Assembly: GCA_903839085.1 (NCBI GenBank)
Contig: CAIMBE010000126.1
Coordinates: 4,014-68,013, forward strand
Reading direction: 5' to 3'
Length of the DNA stretch: 64,000 nucleotides
DNA from: an uncultured beta proteobacterium
Lineage (GTDB): Bacteria > Pseudomonadota > Gammaproteobacteria > Burkholderiales > Burkholderiaceae_C
The position numbers and the translations under genes are program-made. The notes under the pieces were generated by a model. The model made no database searches. It worked only from the letters and a program-made list of their open reading frames with translations, and was not told where the DNA came from. How positions within the stretch are numbered: the first letter of the stretch is position 1; each line of letters starts with the position of its first letter. Shown piece after piece: positions 1 through 8,193 of the stretch.

Positions 1-2
1 CC

Positions 3-803
3 GACGACATGATCATGAATCCGCCCGCCAGCGCGCCGATGGCCAATACCGTGCTGATCGAGTCAACCTACGGCGATCGTGAACACCCCGCCGAAGATAT
101 CCTGGCCGAACTCGGCCCGGCCTTGAAGAGGCTCGCGTCGCGCGGCGGCGTGGCGGTGGTACCGGTCTTCGCGGTCGGCCGGGCGCAGGCGCTGCTGCAT
201 GCCATTCACCAGTTGAAACAGCGCGGCGAGGTGCCCAAGTCGCTGCCTGTCTTTCTGGACAGCCCGATGGCCGTGCACACCACCCACCTGTTTGAACACC
301 ATGCGCAAGACCATCGGCTTGACAGCAAGGATAGCCGGGCGCTCACGCATTCGGCAACCATGATCACCAGCAGCGACGAGTCGCGCGCCCTGGCCAGCCG
401 CCATGGGCCGATGGTGATCCTCTCGGCCAGCGGCATGGCCACCGGCGGACGCGTCCTGCACCACCTCGCCCACTACGCGGGCAACCATCGCAACATGATC
501 ATCCTGACCGGTTATCAGGCGCCCGGCACCCGTGGCGCCACGCTGGCGAGCGGCGCCAAATCAGTGCGTATCCATGGTCGCGAGGTTGAACTCAATGCCG
601 AGGTGGTCCAATTGAAGTCCGCCTCGGCGCACGCCGACGCCCGCCAGATCCTGGCGTGGCTGCGCACCATGCCGCAGGCGCCGGACCAGGTCTACGTGGT
701 CCATGGTGAATTGGGCGCGGCCGACGAACTTCGCAAGCGCATCAAGCATGAGCTGGGATGGCGCGCCATGGTGCCGGAGCACGGCGCCACCTGGCCGACC
801 TGA
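3..803 (+). CDS. MBL-fold metallo-hydrolase of the beta-CASP (RNA-metabolising) type, C-terminal ~265 aa; 5' end lies outside the window
   Basis: The frame is open to the window edge. The translation shows the ordered landmarks ESTYGDR, FAVGRAQ, SASGMATGGR, SAHAD and VVHGE typical of beta-CASP MBL hydrolases. Confidence 0.8.
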   Translation, partial: DDMIMNPPASAPMANTVLIESTYGDREHPAEDILAELGPALKRLASRGGVAVVPVFAVGRAQALLHAIHQLKQRGEVPKSLPVFLDSPMAVHTTHLFEHHAQDHRLDSKDSRALTHSATMITSSDESRALASRHGPMVILSASGMATGGRVLHHLAHYAGNHRNMIILTGYQAPGTRGATLASGAKSVRIHGREVELNAEVVQLKSASAHADARQILAWLRTMPQAPDQVYVVHGELGAADELRKRIKHELGWRAMVPEHGATWPT

Positions 804-809
804 GGCAAG

Positions 810-1346
810 ATGCAAAAGTTTTTCCGGAATTTTTTTGAATTTTCGGCTGGCACCAAGCCGCTGATCATCACTTTGTCCGGCGTTCTGCTGATGCTGCTGG
901 TATTTCCGGCCCTGCCGATCAACGGCGAGATGATCGATCTCAAGCTGTACTACGACCTGCCAGGCGTGCAGGCGGCGATGCTGCAGTACGGCCCTCAGGG
1001 TCGTGCCGTTTACGCACTCGCCAGCCCGACGCTCGACACCGCGTTTCCAATCTTGTATGTGACTTTCTTCTGCGGCCTGCTCTACCGCTTTCGCCCGACC
1101 GAACGGCTCTGGCTTGTGGCCTTCATTCCGGTCGTTGCCGGCGTCTGGGACCTGTGCGAGAACGCTCAGATCGTCGCCATGCTTGTGCAGTACCCGGACC
1201 TCTCGGCCGGGCAGGTTGCCATGGCCTCGTTCTTCACCAGCGTCAAGCATTTGCTCAGCGCCGTCTACGAACTGGCGGCCCTGGTGTTCCTCGCCCTGTT
1301 TGTGATTCGCCGCATGAAGCAGGCCCGCAACCCAGCGCGGGATTGA
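810..1346 (+). CDS. hypothetical integral membrane protein
   Basis: ATG lies 7 nt after the upstream stop. The 178-aa product has several hydrophobic helices (LIITLSGVLLMLLVFPAL, FPILYVTFFCGLLY, LWLVAFIPVVAGVW, AALVFLALFVI). No family recognised. Confidence 0.6.
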   Translation: MQKFFRNFFEFSAGTKPLIITLSGVLLMLLVFPALPINGEMIDLKLYYDLPGVQAAMLQYGPQGRAVYALASPTLDTAFPILYVTFFCGLLYRFRPTERLWLVAFIPVVAGVWDLCENAQIVAMLVQYPDLSAGQVAMASFFTSVKHLLSAVYELAALVFLALFVIRRMKQARNPARD

Positions 1347-1389
1347 GGCCGCAAGCGCCGGTCGCCCATCCCTTGATCGCGAAGCCGGA

Positions 1390-2355
1390 TCAGGCGTAAT
1401 TGTTTTCCAGCACCCGTTGGCGCGCCGCCGCATACTCGCGCTTGAGCTGCGCCACATAGTCGGCGGTGCTCTGGACCTGGGTGATCGAGCCGATGCCCTG
1501 GCCGCAACCCCAGATGTCTTTCCAGGCCTTGGTCTTGTCGCCGCCGAAGTTCATCTTGCTGGGATCACTTTGCGGCAGGTGCTCGGGGTCCAGACCGGCG
1601 TTGCGAAGGCTCGGCGCCAGGTAGTTGCCGTGCACGCCGGTAAACAGGTTGCTGTAGACAATATCATCCGAGTTCGAGTCGACAATCGCCTGCTTGTAGG
1701 CCTCGGACGCGCGCGCTTCCCGGGTGGCGATAAAGGCCGAACCGATGTAGGCAAAGTCGGCGCCTGCGGCCTGTGCCGCCAGGACCGCGTCACCGGTGGA
1801 AATGGCGCCGCTCAGGACCAGCGGTCCGTCGAACCACTGGCGAATTTCCTGGATCAGGGCAAACGGGCTCTTGACGCCGGCATGACCACCCGCACCTGCG
1901 GCCACGGCAATCAGTCCGTCGGCGCCCTTCTCGATCGCCTTGCGCGCGTGCTTGTTGTTGATGACGTCGTGCAGCACGACGCCGCCGTACGAATGCGCCG
2001 CGGCGTTGATGTCCTCGCGCGCGCCCAGACTGGTGATGATGATCGGGACCCGGTGCTTGACGCACATCGCCATGTCGTGCTCCAGCCGGTCGTTGCTCTT
2101 GTGCACGATCTGGTTGATGGCGTAGGGCGCCACGGGCTGCTCGGGGTGCGCCTGGTCGTGGGCCGCCAGCGCCTCGGTGATCTCAATCAACCATTCCTCC
2201 AATTGCTCCGCCGGACGGGCATTGAGCGCCGGCATGGAGCCGACGACGCCGGCAATGCATTGGGCTATGACCAGTTTGGGCGTGCTGATGATGAACAGGG
2301 GCGAACCAATCACCGGGAAAGGCAGATGGTTCAAAGGTGGTGGCAGTCTGGACAT
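1390..2355 (-). CDS. nitronate monooxygenase / NAD(P)H-dependent flavin oxidoreductase (NMO family)
   Basis: FMN TIM-barrel motifs GADGLIAVAAGAGGHAG and GADFAYIGSAFIAT are present. The track start at 2364 is a TTG; I prefer the ATG at 2355 (MSRLPPP). It lies 8-17 nt downstream of the acyl-CoA dehydrogenase stop, so it is probably in the same operon. Confidence 0.85.
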   Translation of the reverse strand: MSRLPPPLNHLPFPVIGSPLFIISTPKLVIAQCIAGVVGSMPALNARPAEQLEEWLIEITEALAAHDQAHPEQPVAPYAINQIVHKSNDRLEHDMAMCVKHRVPIIITSLGAREDINAAAHSYGGVVLHDVINNKHARKAIEKGADGLIAVAAGAGGHAGVKSPFALIQEIRQWFDGPLVLSGAISTGDAVLAAQAAGADFAYIGSAFIATREARASEAYKQAIVDSNSDDIVYSNLFTGVHGNYLAPSLRNAGLDPEHLPQSDPSKMNFGGDKTKAWKDIWGCGQGIGSITQVQSTADYVAQLKREYAAARQRVLENNYA

Positions 2356-2372
2356 GATGATCAAGCGTCAGC

Positions 2373-4163
2373 CTAGAACGCGTCGAGCGCCAATGAAGTC
2401 ACGCTGTCGGCACCCTCAACAATGGCATCCCGGATTCCGGGCGCCTTGGTCAGCATATGCTCGGCGTAGAAGCGCGCCGTGCAGATCTTGGCCTGCATGA
2501 AAGGCACATTCACACCCTGCTTGATCTCATCCTGCGCGACCAGCAGGGCGCGCGCCATCTGCCAGCCAGCCATCAGGTTGCCGGTCAGCATCAGGTAGGG
2601 CACGCTGCCCGAAAACACCGCATTCGGGCTGGCCTTGGTGTTCCCCGCGACAAAGTTCACGCTATCGACAAAGGCCTCGCGCGCCGCCTTCAGGCGTCTG
2701 GCCACCGCCAGCGCATCAGCGCTGCCACTGCTGACCAGCAGGCTCTCGGTCGCCTCGATCTGCGCGGCCAGCGCCTTGGCCGTCTGGCCGCCATCGCGCG
2801 AGGTCTTGCGACCGACCAGGTCATTGGCCTGGATGGCGGTGGTTCCCTCGTAGATGGTGAGAATCTTGGCGTCGCGGTAATACTGCGCGCAACCGGTTTC
2901 CTCGATGTAGCCCATGCCGCCATGCACCTGAACGCACAAGGAAGTGACTTCCAGGCTCATCTCGGTGCTGTAGCCCTTGATCAGGGGCACCATGAACTCA
3001 TAGAAGGCCTGATTCTGCTTTCGGGTTCCGGCATCCGGGTGACGGTGTGCCGCATCGAACGCCGCGGCAGCGACCGTCGCCATGGCGCGACAACCCTCGG
3101 TGTAGGCGCGCATCGTCATCAGCATGCGCTTGACGTCGGGGTGATGAATAATCGGCGCGCTCGCCATGATGGAGCCATCGACCGGTCGGCTTTGCACGCG
3201 TTCCCTGGCAAACGCCACCGCGGTCTGGTAGGCGCGCTCGGCGATGGCAATGCCCTGCACGCCGACGCCGAAGCGCGCCGCGTTCATCATGATGAACATG
3301 TACTCCAGGCCGCGGTTTTCCTGGCCTACCAGGTACCCGACAGCGCCGCCCTGGTCGCCAAACTGCAGCACAGCGGTCGGGCTCGCCTTGATGCCCATCT
3401 TGTGCTCGATGCTGACGCAGTGCACGTCATTGCGCGCACCCTGCGAGCGATCCGGATTGACCATGAATTTGGGCACCACGAACAGGCTGATGCCCTTGAC
3501 GCCTTCGGGCGCCCCGCTGACCCGCGCCAGCACCAGATGGACGATGTTCTCGGCCATGTCGTGTTCGCCCCAGGTGATGAAGATCTTGGTGCCAAACACC
3601 TTGTAACTGCCATCGGCTTGCGGCTCGGCGCGCGTGCGCACGGCGGCCAGATCGCTGCCCGCCTGGGGCTCGGTCAGGTTCATGGTGCCGGTCCACTGGC
3701 CGCTGACCAGCTTCTCCAGATAGATCGCCTTGAGTTCATCCGAACCCGCCGTCAGCAGCGCCTCGATCGCGCCGTCGGTGAGCAGCGGGCACAACGCAAA
3801 ACTCATGTTGGCCGAGTTCTGCATCTCGCCGCACGACGCACCAATGGTCTTGGGCAAACCCTGCCCACCAAATTCAACCGGGTGCTGCAAGCCTTGCCAG
3901 CCGGCCTGCGCAAACTGCGCAAAAGCCTCCTTGAAACCCGGGGACGCCGTCACCTCGCCATCGCGCCAGCTCGAGGGATGCTTGTCGCCCTCCCAGTTCA
4001 GCGGACTGACAACCCCTTCGTTGAACTTCGCCGCTTCCTCCAGCACCGCCTGCGCGGTCTCAAGCCCGGCATCCTCAAACCCGGGCAGCTGCGCAATTTG
4101 ATCAATACCGGCGAGGTACTGGATGTTGAAAAGCATGTCTTTGAGGGGGGCAACATAGCTCAT
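2373..4163 (-). CDS. acyl-CoA dehydrogenase, long form with C-terminal extension (~596 aa)
   Basis: ACAD motifs LTEPQAGSDLAAVRT, IFITWGEHD and YEGTTAIQANDLVGRK are present. The track ORF (start 4268) is trimmed in frame by 35 codons to ATG 4163 (MSYVAPLKDMLF). Confidence 0.9.
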   Translation of the reverse strand: MSYVAPLKDMLFNIQYLAGIDQIAQLPGFEDAGLETAQAVLEEAAKFNEGVVSPLNWEGDKHPSSWRDGEVTASPGFKEAFAQFAQAGWQGLQHPVEFGGQGLPKTIGASCGEMQNSANMSFALCPLLTDGAIEALLTAGSDELKAIYLEKLVSGQWTGTMNLTEPQAGSDLAAVRTRAEPQADGSYKVFGTKIFITWGEHDMAENIVHLVLARVSGAPEGVKGISLFVVPKFMVNPDRSQGARNDVHCVSIEHKMGIKASPTAVLQFGDQGGAVGYLVGQENRGLEYMFIMMNAARFGVGVQGIAIAERAYQTAVAFARERVQSRPVDGSIMASAPIIHHPDVKRMLMTMRAYTEGCRAMATVAAAAFDAAHRHPDAGTRKQNQAFYEFMVPLIKGYSTEMSLEVTSLCVQVHGGMGYIEETGCAQYYRDAKILTIYEGTTAIQANDLVGRKTSRDGGQTAKALAAQIEATESLLVSSGSADALAVARRLKAAREAFVDSVNFVAGNTKASPNAVFSGSVPYLMLTGNLMAGWQMARALLVAQDEIKQGVNVPFMQAKICTARFYAEHMLTKAPGIRDAIVEGADSVTSLALDAF

Positions 4164-4281
4164 GTGGAATCTCCGGATGGCCAACTTACATTTCACGTGC
4201 CGCTCGGCCCCGGCTGGTCGAATCCTCGCGGTCCTTCGACAAGCCTGAAGCGAGCGGCTCCAGGTCAAGGACGCTGTATCG

Positions 4282-5214
4282 CTACAGCGCGGCCACCAGT
4301 TCCGGGACGGCGACGAACAGATCAGCCTCCAGCCCGTAGTCGGCGACGCTGAAAATCGGCGCTTCGGCGTCCTTGTTGATCGCCACGATCACCTTGGAGT
4401 CCTTCATGCCCGCCAGATGCTGGATGGCGCCGCTGATGCCCGCGGCAATGTAGAGCTGCGGCGCCACGATCTTGCCGGTCTGGCCGATCTGCCAGTCGTT
4501 GGGCGCATAGCCGGCATCGACCGCCGCCCGACTGGCGCCGATCGCTGCACCGAGCTTGTCGGCCAGCGGTGTCAGCAGTTCGGTGAATTTCTCACTCGAA
4601 CCGAGTGCGCGGCCGCCCGAGACTATGATTTTCGCTGCCGTCAATTCGGGACGATCGTTGCGGGCGATTTCGCTGCCGATGAAAGTTGACTTGTCGCTGG
4701 CCGCGACCGCGGCCAGACTTTCAATCGCGGCCGTGCCACCGCTGGCGCTGGCGGCGTCGAAGCCGGTGGTGCGCACCGTGATGACCTTGATGGCTTCGCT
4801 GCTTTGCACCGTGGCCATCGCATTGCCGGCGTAAATCGGCCGCTCGAAGGTGTCGGGCCCGTCGACCCGGGTGACGTCCGAGATCTGGCCGACGTCAAGC
4901 TTGGCCGCCAGGCGCGGGGCGATGTTTTTGCCCGACGCGGTGGCCGGAAACAGGATGTGGCTGTAGCTCTGGGCCAGCGCCAGGATCTGGGCCGTCATGT
5001 TCTCGGCCAGGCCGTGCGCCAGGGCCTCGCTGTCGGCGTGCAGCACTTTGGAGACGCCGGCGATCTGCGCCGCCGCCGCCGCCGCGGGGCCGGCGTTGGC
5101 CCCGGCAACCAGGATATGGACATCGCCATTGCACTTGAGCGCGGCGGTCACGGTGTTCAATGTCGCGCCCTTGACGGACGCATGATCATGTTCAGCAATT
5201 ACGAGGACTGTCAT
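4282..5214 (-). CDS. etfA: electron transfer flavoprotein subunit alpha
   Basis: Full-length EtfA-like sequence with the C-terminal FAD-binding segment [19 protein letters not shown]. The ATG directly abuts the etfB stop. Confidence 0.95.
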   Translation of the reverse strand: MTVLVIAEHDHASVKGATLNTVTAALKCNGDVHILVAGANAGPAAAAAAQIAGVSKVLHADSEALAHGLAENMTAQILALAQSYSHILFPATASGKNIAPRLAAKLDVGQISDVTRVDGPDTFERPIYAGNAMATVQSSEAIKVITVRTTGFDAASASGGTAAIESLAAVAASDKSTFIGSEIARNDRPELTAAKIIVSGGRALGSSEKFTELLTPLADKLGAAIGASRAAVDAGYAPNDWQIGQTGKIVAPQLYIAAGISGAIQHLAGMKDSKVIVAINKDAEAPIFSVADYGLEADLFVAVPELVAAL

Positions 5215-5964
5215 TTAGATCACCTTCGCTTCCGTTTTGAGTTTGGCCACGAGCGTGGCGACGTCAGGCACCTTGATGCCCGCGCTGCGCTTGGGCGGCT
5301 CGCTGACCTTGAGGGTCTTGATGCGGGGCGTGACGTCGACCCCGAGGTCTTCGGGTTTGTAGACGTCGAGTTGTTTCTTCTTGGCCTTCATGATGTTGGG
5401 CAGCGTCACGTAGCGCGGCTCGTTCAGGCGAAGGTCGGCGGTGATGATGGCCGGCAGGGTCACGAGAATAGTCTCCAGGCCACCGTCGATTTCGCGGGTC
5501 ACCTTGAGCTTGCCGTCCGCGACCTCGACTTTGCTGGCGAAAGTGGCTTGCGGCAGGTCAGCCAGCGCGGCGAGCATCTGCCCGGTCTGGTTGCAGTCGT
5601 CGTCGATCGCCTGCTTGCCCAGGATCACGATGCCGGGTTGTTCCTTGTCGATCAGGGCCTTGAGCAGTTTTGCCACTGCCAGGGGTTGCAGTTCGACGGT
5701 GCTCTCTACCAGGATGGCGCGGTCGGCGCCAATGGCCATGGCGGTGCGCAGCGTTTCCTGGCACTGCGTGACGCCGCAGGAGACGGCAATGACCTCGGTG
5801 GCCACACCCTTTTCCTTCAAACGCACGGCTTCTTCGATGGCGATCTCATCAAAGGGGTTCATGCTCATTTTGACGTTGGCGATGTCTACTCCCGTGTTGT
5901 CCGACTTGACGCGGACCTTCACGTTGTAGTCCACCACGCGCTTGACTGCGACCAGGACTTTCAT
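5215..5964 (-). CDS. etfB: electron transfer flavoprotein subunit beta
   Basis: Canonical N-terminus [19 protein letters not shown]. The track start (GTG 5973) is trimmed to ATG 5964, which has a GGAG 9 nt upstream. Confidence 0.95.
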   Translation of the reverse strand: MKVLVAVKRVVDYNVKVRVKSDNTGVDIANVKMSMNPFDEIAIEEAVRLKEKGVATEVIAVSCGVTQCQETLRTAMAIGADRAILVESTVELQPLAVAKLLKALIDKEQPGIVILGKQAIDDDCNQTGQMLAALADLPQATFASKVEVADGKLKVTREIDGGLETILVTLPAIITADLRLNEPRYVTLPNIMKAKKKQLDVYKPEDLGVDVTPRIKTLKVSEPPKRSAGIKVPDVATLVAKLKTEAKVI

Positions 5965-6006
5965 TGCTCTCACTCCAGATGGTTACGAATTCTTCGGTTT
6001 ACCTAA

Positions 6007-6022
6007 TTGACGTGCACGTCAA
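6007..6022. promoter_or_regulatory. perfect 16-bp palindrome TTGACGTGCACGTCAA in the divergent etfB / CoA-transferase-GNAT intergenic region; candidate operator
   Basis: Read directly from the sequence. It lies 43 nt upstream of the etfB ATG. The same arms (TTGACGT-NN-ACGTCAA) recur at 22823-22838 upstream of the SDR gene. Confidence 0.5.
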
Positions 6023-6248
6023 CTGTGGGATTCTATGCGGTGTCGCTCGTCGCACTGGTCGCTCATTCGACCAGGACGCGACAAAAGGCAAAATAGCACG
6101 ACCGTGCTTTTAATTGTACTTCAGAATCGCAATGAAACCGGGCCGGCGTCGCGCGCGATCAGCAGGGCTCATAATTTGCATCGTTTCGGAGCAGGGAACC
6201 GCGATTCCTGCAACATAATAGAGCACCAAGAATAGATAGGGAGATGGC

Positions 6249-8171
6249 ATGTTTGGAGACCCGACGGAGCCTCAGAGCCCACCTGCGTCAGCTAACCAGG
6301 CACCCGGCCAGTTGGCCGGATTGCACCCGATGCTGCATTCCCACGCCGCCAAGGTCTGCACCGCGCAGGAGGCGGTCGGCCGTATCCAGCACGGCGCACA
6401 CGTCTTCGTCGGCACCGCCTGTGCCACGCCGCGCGCCCTGGTGGCGGCACTGGAGTCGCTCGCAGTAACGCCAGCCGATGTCACGCTGGTGCATTTCCTG
6501 ACCGACAAGGCGGTGCCGCATGATGACCAGGGTCGCTGTATCAGCAAGTTCAGCCACCGCACTTTCTTTGTCGGCATGGACATTCGGGCAGCAGTCAAGC
6601 AGGGCCTGGCCGAATACGTGCCGATCTCGCTCGCGCGGGTGCCGGAACTGATGGCCATCGGGCGTATTTCGGTGGATGTGGCCCTGATCCAGGTGTCGCT
6701 GCCAGACGCGTTTGGCTACGTCAGCCTGGGCGTCTCGGTCGACATTGTGCCGGCCGCCGTGGCGCGCGCCAAACTGGTCATCGCCGAGGTCAACCCCGCC
6801 ATGCCGCGCTCGATGGGCGACTCCTTTCTTCACGTCAGCCAGATCGACCATCTGGTGCCGGTGACCACCCCGGTCATCGAGTATCTGCACCAACCCCTGC
6901 AGGAGCAGGCCATGGAGCAGATCGCGCGCTACATCGGCGGTGTCATCGAGGATGGCTCGACGCTGCAGATTGGCCTTGGGCGCGTCACCAACGAGGCCCT
7001 CAAGTACCTGAGCGACCGGCAGGACATCGGCATCCACACCGACGTCATCACCGACGCCATCATTCCGCTGCTGGAACACGGCATCCTGACGGGGCGCCGC
7101 AAGACCCAGCAAAAGGGCAAGATCGTCACCAGTTTCGCCATGGGTTCGCGCCGCCTGTATGACTTGATCGACGGCAACCCGATGTTCTCATTTCAGCCGA
7201 TCGAGGTGGTATCCCAGCCCAGCACCATTGCCGCGCAGCACAGGATGGTGTCGGTGACCCAGGCCTTTGCGGTTGACCTGACCGGTCAGGTCTGCGCCGA
7301 CCAGTACGGCGGCGATTTCTACAGCGGCCTGGCCGCGCAGGGCGAGTTCTTGCGCGGTGCCTCGCGCTCCGAGGGAGGCAAGGCGATCATTTGTCTGGCC
7401 TCGACCGAGAACGACGGCGAGGTCTCCCGCATCCGGGTGCGTCTGCTGCCGGGCGAAGGCGTCACGGTGGCGCGCACCGACGTGCATTACGTGATCACCG
7501 AATTTGGCATTGCCTATGTTTTCGGAAAGTCGATCCGCGAGCGCGCCGTGGCACTGATCGATGTGGCGCACCCGAAGTTTCGTGCCGCCCTGTTTGAGCA
7601 GGCGCAGGCGCTGGGCTACCTGCCGGCCGACCAGAGCCTTAAGAACCTGCGCGCCTACCCGGTCGAGGAAGAGCGCACGGTCAAGCTCAAAGACCAGCGC
7701 ACGGTGCTGCTGCGACCGGCGGTCTCGTCGGACGGCGTCGGCATTCGCGATCTGTTCCACAGCATGTCGGACCAGGACGTTTACACGCGATTTTTCCGCA
7801 AGGTGCGGGGTTTGTCGGGCAAGGAAGTGCAGCGCCTGTGCAATGTCAATTTTGAGAGCGAGGTGGCCTTCGTGGCGGTCTCGGGAACGCGCGAGAACCC
7901 GCAGATCGTGGCGCAGTCGTGCTACTTCATCGACCCCTCCACCAATCTTGCCGAAACCGCCTTCATGGTTCATCCGGGGTGGCAGGGTTGCGGTCTGGGC
8001 TCCATTCTGCAGCGCCGCATGACCGAACACGCCATCGGGCGCGGCGTGCGCGGCTTTGTCGCCGAGATCCTGCCGAGCAACGCGAACATGATTCGCCTCG
8101 CCAGCAATGGATCGAGCAATGTCAGCGTGGAGAAAACGAGCGACAGCGTCTGTGTAACCACGATGTTCTGA
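6249..8171 (+). CDS. acetyl-CoA hydrolase/transferase family domain fused to a C-terminal Pat-type GNAT acetyltransferase domain
   Basis: GGGAG lies 5 nt upstream of the ATG. The N-terminal ~460 aa resemble acetyl-CoA hydrolase/CoA-transferase (GAHVFVGTACATP, LQIGLGRV). The last ~170 aa form a GNAT (LLRPAVSSDGVGIRDLFHSMSDQDVYTRFF, HPGWQGCGLGSILQ, AEILPSNANMIRLA). Confidence 0.85.
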   Translation: MFGDPTEPQSPPASANQAPGQLAGLHPMLHSHAAKVCTAQEAVGRIQHGAHVFVGTACATPRALVAALESLAVTPADVTLVHFLTDKAVPHDDQGRCISKFSHRTFFVGMDIRAAVKQGLAEYVPISLARVPELMAIGRISVDVALIQVSLPDAFGYVSLGVSVDIVPAAVARAKLVIAEVNPAMPRSMGDSFLHVSQIDHLVPVTTPVIEYLHQPLQEQAMEQIARYIGGVIEDGSTLQIGLGRVTNEALKYLSDRQDIGIHTDVITDAIIPLLEHGILTGRRKTQQKGKIVTSFAMGSRRLYDLIDGNPMFSFQPIEVVSQPSTIAAQHRMVSVTQAFAVDLTGQVCADQYGGDFYSGLAAQGEFLRGASRSEGGKAIICLASTENDGEVSRIRVRLLPGEGVTVARTDVHYVITEFGIAYVFGKSIRERAVALIDVAHPKFRAALFEQAQALGYLPADQSLKNLRAYPVEEERTVKLKDQRTVLLRPAVSSDGVGIRDLFHSMSDQDVYTRFFRKVRGLSGKEVQRLCNVNFESEVAFVAVSGTRENPQIVAQSCYFIDPSTNLAETAFMVHPGWQGCGLGSILQRRMTEHAIGRGVRGFVAEILPSNANMIRLASNGSSNVSVEKTSDSVCVTTMF

Positions 8172-8193
8172 CCTCCCCGACAGGCTGTTTTTC

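Noticed and set aside
2457-4352. 631-aa plus-strand ORF. There are many similar long ORFs, for example 13480-14505(-), 14556-15782(-), 25917-28286(-), 40080-41705(-), 44227-45168(+), 45360-47141(+) and 28934-30375(+).
   Set aside because: Each lies antisense to a gene with unmistakable family motifs (ACAD, DUF58, transglutaminase, RpoD, helicase, TRAP SBP, Dxs, ligase). Their translations are Arg/Ala/Gly/Pro/His-rich with no motifs. These are typical stop-poor shadow frames of high-GC DNA.
6035-6468. Small ORFs 6035-6235(+) and 6244-6468(+) in and next to the etfB / CoA-transferase intergenic region.
   Set aside because: They have no RBS or motifs. 6244-6468 is an alternative frame of the well-supported 6249 gene. 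The intergenic space is better explained as a divergent promoter/operator region.
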